Assembly: GCA_965249725.1 (NCBI GenBank)
Contig: CBDFMQ010000002.1
Coordinates: forward strand, 1,152,001-1,216,000
DNA from: Longimicrobiales bacterium
GTDB lineage: Bacteria; Gemmatimonadota; Gemmatimonadetes; Longimicrobiales; Gaopeijiaceae
Direction: 5' to 3'
Length of the DNA: 64,000 bases
Numbering within the stretch: position 1 is the stretch's first letter; every line of letters starts with the position of its first letter. Shown here piece by piece: positions 48,037 to 56,699 of the stretch. The notes beneath the pieces were generated by a model. It was not told where the DNA came from. It made no database searches and was given only the letters and a program-made list of their open reading frames with translations. The translations under genes were made by a program, and so were the position numbers.

Positions 48037-49538
48037 TCGCCCAGAGCGGCGAGTGCTCCTGTCCGTATCAGATCTCGCACGGCCGTGAAGTCGCCCGAGA
48101 GGCTGCGGTCGCCCTCTAGGCGGTCGACGTGCTCGCGAATCAACGAGTGGGCCTCCTCTACCCCGTCGCCGGCCTTGAGTGGCCGGTGGTATTCGACGGC
48201 CTCGGCCGCCGCCGTCAGCTCGATGGCGAGGACGTACTCGAAACAGTCCGCGACCCGTCGCGCCTTGCGTGCGGCGGTCAGGCCCATGGAAACATGGTCT
48301 TCCTGGTTGGCGCTCGTGGGCACCGAATCGACGCTCGCAGGATGGCAGAGCACCCGCATCTCGGCGAGCAGATCAACCGCCGTGACCTGAGCGATCATTA
48401 AGCCGGACTCGAGCCCGGGCTGCCGCGCCAAGAACGCGGGCAAGCCGGAAAGATCGGGATTGAGCAGACGTTCGATGCGCCGCTCGCTGATCGCCGCCAG
48501 GTCCGTGACGGCCATGCAGAGCAGATCGAGCGCCTGGGAGACGACCTGTGCATGGAAGTTGCCTGCGCTCACCACGGCTCGGGTTTCCGGAAAGACGAGC
48601 GGGTTGTCCGTCGTGCTATTGGCCTCCGTGGTCAGCACCTGCCGGACGTAGCCGAGCGCGTCCCGAGCCGCCCCGTGTACCTGCGGCATGCATCGCAAAC
48701 AGTATGCGTCCTGGACCCTCGGGTCCCCATGCCGGTGCGACTCCCGAATTTCGGAGTTGGCCAAGAGCCCCCGAAGCCGACGGGCCGACTCGATCTGACC
48801 GGGATGGGGCCGGGCTTCCTGTACCTCCGCAAGGAACGCGTCGGGCGTGCCCTCGAGTGCCTCCAGGCTCAAACAGCCCGCCGTCTCGGCGGTGTCGAGC
48901 GCCCGCTGCGCCGAGAGCAGGGCGAGGATCCCGAGACCCGTGGTGGCCTGGGTGCCGTTGATGAGGGCCAGCCCTTCCTTCTCTCGCAGCTCGAGGGCCT
49001 CCATTCCAAGCTCGGCGAATACCTCGGCCGCGTCTCGAAGCTGGCCTCCGTGCTCGACGCGACCCTCACCGATCAGCCCGAGGGCGATGTGCGCCAACGG
49101 AGAAAGATCCCCACTGGCGCCCACGGATCCGACTCGCGGCACGACGGGGTGTACCCCGTGATTCAGGAAGTCCAGCAAACGGTCGATCACCTCTTCGCGA
49201 CAACCCGAATTCCCGCGGGCGAGAGCGTTCGCCCGGAGGATCATGATCGCCCGCACCTCTTCGGTGGCCATCGGCGTATCCACGCCGGAAGCGTGACTGC
49301 GCACCAGGTTTCGTTGAAGGTCACCCTGCTGATCGGAAGAGATGACGACCTCCGCGAGGCGGCCGAATCCAGTGGTGACGCCGTAGATGCGCTCCCCACT
49401 CTTCAGGAGCTCCTCGATGAAGGCTCGAGCGCGCCGCACGCCGGGGCGAGCCGCCTCCGCCAGAGAGACAGGCACCCGGTCCACCGCGGCCAACTCGAGA
49501 GCCTCCAACGAAAGGTCGTGACCCGTGAGCTCGATCAT
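48033..49538 (-). CDS. hutH: Histidine ammonia-lyase
   Basis: [17 protein letters not shown] motif [40 protein letters not shown]. Confidence 0.96.
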   Translation of the reverse strand: MIELTGHDLSLEALELAAVDRVPVSLAEAARPGVRRARAFIEELLKSGERIYGVTTGFGRLAEVVISSDQQGDLQRNLVRSHASGVDTPMATEEVRAIMILRANALARGNSGCREEVIDRLLDFLNHGVHPVVPRVGSVGASGDLSPLAHIALGLIGEGRVEHGGQLRDAAEVFAELGMEALELREKEGLALINGTQATTGLGILALLSAQRALDTAETAGCLSLEALEGTPDAFLAEVQEARPHPGQIESARRLRGLLANSEIRESHRHGDPRVQDAYCLRCMPQVHGAARDALGYVRQVLTTEANSTTDNPLVFPETRAVVSAGNFHAQVVSQALDLLCMAVTDLAAISERRIERLLNPDLSGLPAFLARQPGLESGLMIAQVTAVDLLAEMRVLCHPASVDSVPTSANQEDHVSMGLTAARKARRVADCFEYVLAIELTAAAEAVEYHRPLKAGDGVEEAHSLIREHVDRLEGDRSLSGDFTAVRDLIRTGALAALGE

Positions 49539-50137
49539 TCAGCGACCCTTCTTCGTCGTTCCTCGAATTCGACCTTGGTGAGCGTGAAGGGACCTCGACT
49601 CCAATCGGTCTCCAACTCCACGCCCAGACCGTCGGCCAGTCGGTTCACGTAGTTGTAGTAGCACGTCACCTGGCAGATATCGAGAATCGCCGCGTCTCCG
49701 AAGCCGACGTCGCGGAGTCGCTGGACGTCCCCCTCGTCTACTTGCCAGGGTGCCAGGGTCAGCTTCACCGCATAGTCGAGCATCGCCCGATCCGCGGCGC
49801 CGAGATCGGCCTCCCGATAATCGCGCGCAAGCGCCTTCGACAGTTCGGGGTCCTCGGTGAGCGTACGGAGTCCCGCCCCGTGATGGTTGATTCAATAGAA
49901 ACAGTCGTTCGCCGACGAAACGGTCACCGCGATCATCTCCCGCTGCACACGACTCAACGGAGATTGCCCTCGCATGAGGTGCGCGTAGAGGCGCACGTGG
50001 TGCTCCATGGAGGGAGGGTTCTGGGAGTGGATCCGGATGATGTTGTCGACGCGCATCTCCGATCCCCCGTATCGCTGATAGAGCTCGGCGAGGGGTCCCT
50101 CCGCGTCTTCGTACGGAACGTATGGGATGTGGGCCAA
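49535..50137 (-). CDS. AhpD/carboxymuconolactone decarboxylase-like peroxidase-related selenoprotein (CxxU, Sec at codon 82; 200 aa)
   Basis: ORFs 49892..50137 and 49535..49783 share a frame and are separated by one TGA: REMIAVTVSSANDCFY-TGA-INHHGAGL...AMLDYAVKLT...YNYVNRLADGLG; SECIS-like hairpin follows. Confidence 0.88.
49865..49881 (-). promoter_or_regulatory. Putative bacterial SECIS element
   Basis: acgggg-cggga-ctccgt: 6-bp stem (one G-U pair) with G-rich loop, starting 10 nt after the UGA at 49892-49894. Confidence 0.6.
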
Positions 50138-50840
50138 TACTCGGTAGCCTGCTCAAGAGGTCTGTTGAAGAAGGCCGCGGGTGGCGTCAGGTGCGCCAGA
50201 CGTCTGTTCGCACGTTGGAAGTGCGGAAACATGCCCTCGTCGTGGGGGTGGGGCAATGGCTTCTCCGAAGCGCCCATAAAGGGCAAACTCCTTTGCTCTT
50301 CGGCTGATCCGGGGTGCACATTCCGGCGCCCCACGGCCAATAACCCGCTGAGCGATCGGTGGAAGAAGATCAACCGAAGTCGATCCCGGTCTTCACCACC
50401 CGCGGCTCAGCTCGTGTCATGGCCCCCACCACCCCTCGTCCGCCGGAGACACAAGTAACGGGCAGTTGTGAAAAGTCCCGCCTGGGACTCCGGTCGTTAT
50501 ACAGGTGTCCCGTCTCTCAGCCGTCGCCATCACGGCGCTGTTCGTGCCGTCCTCCAAGATCCCCCTCACGCCTTGCCGCCCGGCGCGCCCCGTTCTACCG
50601 TGCGTTTCCAGGCGACAGAGCGCTTGAACCGCCTATCCCTCATTCCTTCTTGCAAACGACTCTGCTCATGCACGATTGGCGCGGGACTTGGGGCCCCACG
50701 GCGTCGGTCGTGCGAACATGCTCAGAGGCATGACTTGTTGTTAGGCGAAGACTCGGAACAGGAGGGGATCCGGCCTAAAGGCCAACGGGAAAGAAACCCG
50801 TTCCTCCTCACCTCTCTCGACGATCCTCGGGACATCCACC

Positions 50841-52601
50841 ATGAGCAGTGAAATCCGCTTTGGCACGTTTGTCCGCGTGGCAACCATTCGGCATGACATC
50901 ATTAGCTTCAATGATCTGGTCAGGACGTACCCCGCCGAGACTCGGGGCAGGATCAAGCTGCGCCCCCTCGATGCCTACCGCCTCCTCGCCCCGTATCTCT
51001 ACAACCGCGTGTTCGAGCAGGCCCGGGCCGTCATTCCGCTGGCGCTGTATCTGCTCCTATTCCAGGTGTTCATACTCCGGCAGGAAGTCGCAGGTGCGGC
51101 GATACTCACCGCCGGGCTGTTCGCCGTCATCGTCGGCCTCATGCTGTTCATGGAGGGACTCAAGGTCGGCTTGATGCCCTTTGGCGAGACAATAGGCCAT
51201 ACCCTACCTGTACATTCGCCCTTGCCAGTGGTGTTGCTGATCGTCTTTCTCCTGGGTATCGGAGTGACTTTCGCCGAACCCGCCATCGGCGCTCTGAAGG
51301 CCGCCGGGCAATTCGTCGACGTCGCTACCGCCCCATATCTGTACGCGCTGCTCAACCAATGGTCCGGGGTATTGGTGTTGGTTGTCGGCATCGGGGTCGG
51401 TCTCGCTGCCCTTATCGGAACGCTGAGGTTTCTGTACGGCTGGAGTCTCAAGACCTTGGTATACATCACCCTACTACCTCTGCTCGCTCTGACTCTCTAC
51501 GCGTCACAGGACCCCAATCTCGCACCCATACTGGGCCTGGCCTGGGACGCTGGAGCAGTGACCACCGGGCCGGTAACCGTGCCGCTGGTGCTGGCGCTCG
51601 GTGTCGGCATCGCGGGCGCCGCAGGCCGTGGTGACTCTTCACTTGCCGGCTTCGGAATAGTTACGCTCGCCTCGCTCTTCCCGGTAATCGCCGTCCAGGG
51701 ACTGGCGCTGTTCGTAACTTACCAGCAGTCCCCAGAAATGATTATCGAGGCCGCACGGACGCTTTCCCAGAGCACTTCAGGCAACCGGCTGACGCAGTCA
51801 CCCGGCGCTGAAATTGTCGCCGGAATCCGCTCCATCGTACCACTCGTCGTCTTCTTGCTGTTCGTGCTGATGGTTCTCTTGAAACACAAACTGCCGCGGC
51901 CATGGATCACCGCCTATGGCATCACCCTTTGTGTTCTTGGCATGGTCGTCTTCAATCTCGGCCTGACCTACGGGCTGTCGGTGCTGGGCTCGCAAGCCGG
52001 GAGCCTCGTACCCGCAGCCTTTTCGCCGCTGGAAAGCGTCGCCAGTTCACCACTGTATTCCGTGGCCGCCGGACTGGTTATCGCGGTCAGCTTCGCCTGG
52101 GTTCTGGGGTTCGGTGCGACCCTCGCCGAACCGGCGCTGAATGCACTTGGCCTGACCGTCGACAACCTGACCAACGGCTCCTTCCGCAAATCGACGTTGA
52201 TGTACGCCGTTTCTTTTGGCGTGGGCTGCGGTATCGCCCTCGGTGTATCCAGAATCATTTACGACTTGCCACTGGTATGGCTGGTCGTCCCAGGATACAC
52301 GATCGCCATCGTCTTGACGTGGCTTTCAACCGAAGAATTCGTCAATATCGCGTGGGACAGTGCTGGGGTGACAACCGGTCCAGTCACGGTGCCGCTCGTT
52401 CTGGCGATGGGGCTCGGCTTCGGCGAGGCCGTTGGAGCCGGGGACGGATTTGGCATCCTCGCGATGGCCTCCATTGGTCCCATACTGTCCGTGATGTGCA
52501 TAGGCCTGTGGATCAACTGGAAGATCGGGCGTAAACACGTCACAGACGAGCAACGAGGGCTCGCCGGTGGCCGAACGGAGAACCGGGGTATGGTCGCATG
52601 A
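50841..52601 (+). CDS. DUF1538-family membrane protein with two fused copies of the domain
   Basis: Duplicated motifs TFAEPA/TLAEPA and AWDAGAVTTGPVTVPLVLALG/AWDSAGVTTGPVTVPLVLAMG, FGIVTLAS/FGILAMAS. Confidence 0.85.
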   Translation: MSSEIRFGTFVRVATIRHDIISFNDLVRTYPAETRGRIKLRPLDAYRLLAPYLYNRVFEQARAVIPLALYLLLFQVFILRQEVAGAAILTAGLFAVIVGLMLFMEGLKVGLMPFGETIGHTLPVHSPLPVVLLIVFLLGIGVTFAEPAIGALKAAGQFVDVATAPYLYALLNQWSGVLVLVVGIGVGLAALIGTLRFLYGWSLKTLVYITLLPLLALTLYASQDPNLAPILGLAWDAGAVTTGPVTVPLVLALGVGIAGAAGRGDSSLAGFGIVTLASLFPVIAVQGLALFVTYQQSPEMIIEAARTLSQSTSGNRLTQSPGAEIVAGIRSIVPLVVFLLFVLMVLLKHKLPRPWITAYGITLCVLGMVVFNLGLTYGLSVLGSQAGSLVPAAFSPLESVASSPLYSVAAGLVIAVSFAWVLGFGATLAEPALNALGLTVDNLTNGSFRKSTLMYAVSFGVGCGIALGVSRIIYDLPLVWLVVPGYTIAIVLTWLSTEEFVNIAWDSAGVTTGPVTVPLVLAMGLGFGEAVGAGDGFGILAMASIGPILSVMCIGLWINWKIGRKHVTDEQRGLAGGRTENRGMVA

Positions 52602-52975
52602 CACAACGGGGAATCACGGTACTGACCGAAGCATCGGTGATCACGTGCATCGTGCAGCGAGGGCTCGCAGACAAGATCGTGAAGGCCGCCCAGGATGCAG
52701 GCGCGCAGGGAGCGACTGTTAACTACGCCCAGGGCGTCGGTGTGCGTGAGCGGCTGGGCATCATGGGTCTGGCCATCGAAGTCGACAAGGAAGTCATCAC
52801 CATCATCGTCGCCAATGACCAGGCCGACCGGGTGTTTGAAGCCATGTACCTGGCAGGCAACCTCGATACGCCGGGCATGGGCATCATGACGCTCGCTGCG
52901 CTCGAGAAGATCGCCACCTACGTCCCCCTCGAACTGGTGGAACGGCTGGCGGAAAAGACTGACCCAGACACATGA
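52598..52975 (+). CDS. PII-like signal transduction protein
   Basis: ITCIVQRGLADKIVKAA..AGAQGAT...GVGVRERLG...KEVI...LDTPGMGI; ATGA overlap. Confidence 0.82.
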   Translation: MTQRGITVLTEASVITCIVQRGLADKIVKAAQDAGAQGATVNYAQGVGVRERLGIMGLAIEVDKEVITIIVANDQADRVFEAMYLAGNLDTPGMGIMTLAALEKIATYVPLELVERLAEKTDPDT

Positions 52976-53325
52976 GGACGGTCGCGGACCAGAAGCTCAT
53001 CACCTGCATCGTACCGCACGGGCGGGCGCTGCCGGTGCTCATGGCGCTAAAGGAAGAACTCGGAATCGTGAGCACCACCATCCATCACGCCCGTGGGACC
53101 GGGCGTATGACTCCTCTGGCGTGGCGCGGCGTCGGTGAGGCAGCTGAGAAGGATGTCTTGACGGCCGTTGTGCCTGCTTCACGCGCAGCAGAGGTCTTTG
53201 GCTTCATATACGAACGTGGCAAGATCAGCGAGCCTCACGGCGGGATTCTTTATCAACGACGACTGGCTGCGAGCAGTGAGTTCCACCTCCCAGACTTGCC
53301 CGATGAGGGCACATCGGAGGGTTGA
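52972..53325 (+). CDS. Second PII-like protein
   Basis: LITCIVPHG, HHARGTGR, EKDVLTAVV, PHGGILY; ATGA overlap. Confidence 0.72.
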   Translation: MRTVADQKLITCIVPHGRALPVLMALKEELGIVSTTIHHARGTGRMTPLAWRGVGEAAEKDVLTAVVPASRAAEVFGFIYERGKISEPHGGILYQRRLAASSEFHLPDLPDEGTSEG

Positions 53326-53329
53326 CCCG

Positions 53330-53755
53330 ATGGCAAGTACGGGATCAATCCGGCTTGCGGATGGTATGGCGCCCCTGGAGATCGCGGTGGTTTCGCCGAC
53401 CTATATCGGGGGACTGCGCTTGGCGTCGGAGCTGATTCGGCCGACCGTCGTGAGCTTCTTGGACGTGATGCTTCGTGATCAGGACGCCAATCTGCGCATC
53501 GACGAAATCACGATTCCGGCATCGTCCCCTGCGACGGGCAAAACGGTCGGGGAACTCGCCCTGGACGAGATATCCAACGCTTTGCTCATCGCGGTGCGCA
53601 GCCCGTCGGGTGACTGGCACTACAATCCGAAGGGCGATCGTGAGGTGCTCGCTCGCACGGTGCTGATCCTGCTCGGATCTCCCGAGGACATGGGCACGGT
53701 GTGCGACCGGTTGGGTGGGGTAGTGCTCTCCATGCCCGTGACGACAGGAGCGTAG
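53330..53755 (+). CDS. Stand-alone TrkA-C (RCK-C) domain protein resembling the C-terminal part of a potassium-channel/TrkA protein
   Basis: VVSPTYIGGLRLASELIRPTVVSFLDVMLRD...GKTVGEL...LLIAVR...YNP...LILLG; GGAGG RBS; no channel or RCK-N part. Confidence 0.7.
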   Translation: MASTGSIRLADGMAPLEIAVVSPTYIGGLRLASELIRPTVVSFLDVMLRDQDANLRIDEITIPASSPATGKTVGELALDEISNALLIAVRSPSGDWHYNPKGDREVLARTVLILLGSPEDMGTVCDRLGGVVLSMPVTTGA

Positions 53756-53757
53756 TC

Positions 53758-56298
53758 GTGGAGGAATCCGGCCATCATGTCATAGAGATCGTCGGGGCCA
53801 CGGTCGGACTTCTGCTGGTCGCCGGCGGCGTTATGGCCGTCTCCAAACGGATCAAGATTCCGTTTTCCGTGGCGTTGGTGCTCACGGGAATCGCGCTGGC
53901 ACAGCTGGCGCACCTCGGTGGCGACATCCTCGAGCCTATCGCCAACCTACGGATCGCCCCGGAGATCGCGTTTTTCGTTTTCCTGCCCACGCTGATCTTC
54001 GAGTCGGCCTTCAACCTCGAGGCCCGGGCGCTTCGTGACAACCTGACGGCGGTTCTGACGCTTGCCGTTCCCGGCCTACTGATCTCGACGGGTCTCATCG
54101 CGGGAATCCTGGTGGTGGCGACGCCGTTGGGCTGGCTCGAAGGGCTTCTCCTCGGGTCGATCCTGAGCGCCACCGACCCGGTGTCGGTGATCGCGCTCTT
54201 CCGCCAGCTCGGTGCGCCGAAACGACTCACGATCCTCGTGGAGGGCGAGAGCCTCTTCAATGATGCGACGGCCATCGTGTTGTCCCGGATTCTCACGGGC
54301 ATCCTGCTGGCCGGTGTCATCACGAAGGAAGCCATCGTCTTCGGCGGCGTGCAGTTCCTCTTCGTGTTCTTCGGCGGACTCTTGGTCGGGTGGGCCGCCG
54401 CCCTCGTCGTAGGGATGATTCTGGGCCGGGTGGAGGCCGACACCTTCATCGAGGTAACGCTCACCACGGTTCTGGCCTACGTCTCGTTCCTCCTGGCCGA
54501 GGAAGTTCTGCACCTGAGCGGAGTCATGGCGACCGTCATGGCCGGTATGCTCATCGGGGGTTGGGGAAAGGCCAAGATATCGCCGTCGGTGGCTGGGTAT
54601 CTGGAGCATTTTTGGGAGTATATGGCCATGGTGGCCAACGCCCTGATCTTCCTCATGGTAGGCCTCGCCGTGGACCTGGGCGCTCTCGCGAGCAGTGCGC
54701 CCCTGCTGGTCGTGGTCATATCGGCGATGTTGGTCTCCCGGGCGATTGTGATCTTCGGGCTGGTTCCCGGTATCGGGCGGCTGCCGGGTTCGGATCCGAT
54801 AGACCGGGGATATCAGACGGTAATGTTCTGGGGCGGGCTCCGAGGCGCCGTAGCACTTGCCATCGCCCTCAGTCTTCCGGAACTCGGTAGAGAAGTGTCT
54901 GGCTTCGGGGACCTGAACGAGCTCATCGTCGCTCTCGTCATGGGGGCCGTGCTCTTCACCCTCCTGGCTCAGGGCCTCTCGATCGAAGCCCTCGTGCGCC
55001 GATTCGGGCTTCACGTGCCTCCCCTGTCGGACCGCGTGGCGCGTCTCGAGGGCCTGCTCTCGGCGAAGCAACGCACGCTCGAACAGGTCCCCGACCTCCA
55101 GATCGGCGGGCTCTTTCCTCCCCGCATCGCCGAGGGCGTGCGCTTACGATGCGAAGCAAGCATCCAGGAAATGAAGGCCGCCCTCGCCGACCTCCGCCGG
55201 GAGGATCTCGACGTCGAGCAGGAGAGAAAGCTTCTCTACCTCCGCTCGTTCGGCGAAGAGAACACCATCTACTACTCCATGTTCTCCCGGGGTCACCTCA
55301 CGGAGCGGACCTACCGCAACCTGGTGCACTCCATCGAGCTGCAGACCGAGGGCATCCGACACGAGGGACGGCTTCCCGAGTACACGCTCCATCCGCCCAC
55401 CGGTGAGCGCATCGAGAATGTGGTCTACCGGCTGATGGACCACATTCCCGGTCTCGGCGCCTGGGCGGAGAGCATGCGGGCGGAACGGACCGCCCGTGAC
55501 TACGAGATCGCATGGGCGAGGTCTCGCGGCAGCCGACAGGTCTTGGAGGAGCTGGCAACGGGCGGTGAGGCCGAGTCAGCTCGACCCGAGATCATGGACG
55601 ACATTCGGGCCTCGTACGAGTACTGGAGAGAGAACGCCCGTGGCCGACTCGATCAGAACGCCGAGCAGTTTCCCGAATTCGTGCAGTCCACTCAGGAACG
55701 GCTCGCAGAACGTATGGTGCTCCACGCGGAGCGCGAGGCTATCGAGGCCAAGGCCCACGCGGGAATTATCCCCGAGGGGGTGGCCGAGGTGATGCTCGAG
55801 GAGATGGCTGCTGAACTACGCGATCTGCGGGCGAGCACGATCGGGAAGCTGGCAGTGGATCCGGAGGAGCTCCTCAAGAAGGTGCCCTTCTTCCTGGAGA
55901 CACCCCAAGAGGAATTCGCCATGGTGGTGTCAAAACTGAGGCGGAGGACCGCACCGGCCGGCGAGGTGATCGTAAAGCAGGGAGCGTCGGGATCGTCGCT
56001 CTACCTCGTGGCACGGGGTGTGGTGCGCGTTTCAAGGCAGGACGGAGGCCTCACGCGGGACATGGCAACGCTGATGGCAGGTGACTTCTTCGGGGAGATG
56101 GCTCTGCTGCATGGCACCCCACGGACAGCCACATGCCGTGCCGCTACGCCGTGCGCGCTCTATGAGCTGCGGCGAGACGATATGGATGCGGTGAGGGAGG
56201 CATGCCCCCGCATTCAGCAGGCTCTGGAGGACGCTGACAAGCACCGCCGTGAGGAATTGAGAACACCGAGCGAGCGGCAGGACGAGGCCCCAGCGTGA
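53758..56298 (+). CDS. CPA1 Na+/H+ antiporter (NhaP-like) with C-terminal cyclic-nucleotide-binding domain
   Basis: FLPTLIFESA, SATDPVSV, EGESLFNDAT, WGGLRGAV; CNBD LKKVPFF...IVKQG...GDFFGEMALL..PRTATC; start approximate. Confidence 0.9.
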   Translation: MEESGHHVIEIVGATVGLLLVAGGVMAVSKRIKIPFSVALVLTGIALAQLAHLGGDILEPIANLRIAPEIAFFVFLPTLIFESAFNLEARALRDNLTAVLTLAVPGLLISTGLIAGILVVATPLGWLEGLLLGSILSATDPVSVIALFRQLGAPKRLTILVEGESLFNDATAIVLSRILTGILLAGVITKEAIVFGGVQFLFVFFGGLLVGWAAALVVGMILGRVEADTFIEVTLTTVLAYVSFLLAEEVLHLSGVMATVMAGMLIGGWGKAKISPSVAGYLEHFWEYMAMVANALIFLMVGLAVDLGALASSAPLLVVVISAMLVSRAIVIFGLVPGIGRLPGSDPIDRGYQTVMFWGGLRGAVALAIALSLPELGREVSGFGDLNELIVALVMGAVLFTLLAQGLSIEALVRRFGLHVPPLSDRVARLEGLLSAKQRTLEQVPDLQIGGLFPPRIAEGVRLRCEASIQEMKAALADLRREDLDVEQERKLLYLRSFGEENTIYYSMFSRGHLTERTYRNLVHSIELQTEGIRHEGRLPEYTLHPPTGERIENVVYRLMDHIPGLGAWAESMRAERTARDYEIAWARSRGSRQVLEELATGGEAESARPEIMDDIRASYEYWRENARGRLDQNAEQFPEFVQSTQERLAERMVLHAEREAIEAKAHAGIIPEGVAEVMLEEMAAELRDLRASTIGKLAVDPEELLKKVPFFLETPQEEFAMVVSKLRRRTAPAGEVIVKQGASGSSLYLVARGVVRVSRQDGGLTRDMATLMAGDFFGEMALLHGTPRTATCRAATPCALYELRRDDMDAVREACPRIQQALEDADKHRREELRTPSERQDEAPA

Positions 56299-56392
56299 AG
56301 ACGCTGGACAGAATACCCGGTCCGTTCCCATCTTTACTCTAAGGAGCGTTGAATCATTTACACGTTGTCCCCCCAGACCAGGAACGAGATGG

Positions 56393-56620
56393 ATGGAAGT
56401 TCAGAGCGAACGCCGGGGCGGTTCCCGTCGAGGACCCGACAAGCGAGAGACTGATGAAAGACGGATCGGCAAAGGACGCCGTATCTGGAACCGTCGCATC
56501 AGTGAGGATCCGGTAGATGCAGAGAAGCGTGCGGATATCCGCCGTATAGGCTCGGTCCGACGCGATGGTGCGCTACGCCGTGCAGAAGTACGCCGCAATG
56601 GTGACCGCCGCATCGCCTAG
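56393..56620 (+). CDS. Small Arg-rich protein with repeated (E/D)RR motifs
   Basis: 75 aa, ERRGGSRRGPDKR..ERR..RR..NRR..EKR..RR..RR..RR..DRR; followed by a hairpin. Confidence 0.55.
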   Translation: MEVQSERRGGSRRGPDKRETDERRIGKGRRIWNRRISEDPVDAEKRADIRRIGSVRRDGALRRAEVRRNGDRRIA

Positions 56621-56644
56621 CGATCTCTCGACACCGCTGGTCAC

Positions 56645-56674
56645 AAGGCCCCTCTGAGCTCGATGGGGGGCCTT
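56645..56674. terminator. Hairpin between convergent genes, possible bidirectional terminator
   Basis: aaggcccctc...ggggggcctt inverted repeat; weak U-tract. Confidence 0.45.
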
Positions 56675-56699
56675 CGTGTATTCAAGGTGCTTCGAGTCC

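Noticed and set aside
46351..49538. Ergothioneine catabolism (ergothionase plus thiourocanate hydratase)
   Set aside because: HutH has the MIO-forming ASG motif that ergothionase lacks, HutU looks canonical, and hutI and ftcD complete the ordinary Hut route.
49954..50373. 139-aa ORF as an N-terminal extension or frameshifted part of the selenoprotein
   Set aside because: It is in a different frame with no family motifs, and the TTG-started MAHIPYV N-terminus already matches the AhpD-like family start.
50677..50692. Sigma-54 promoter upstream of the DUF1538 gene (TGGCGCGGGACTTGG)
   Set aside because: The conserved -12 GC is replaced by GG, so the match is too weak to call.
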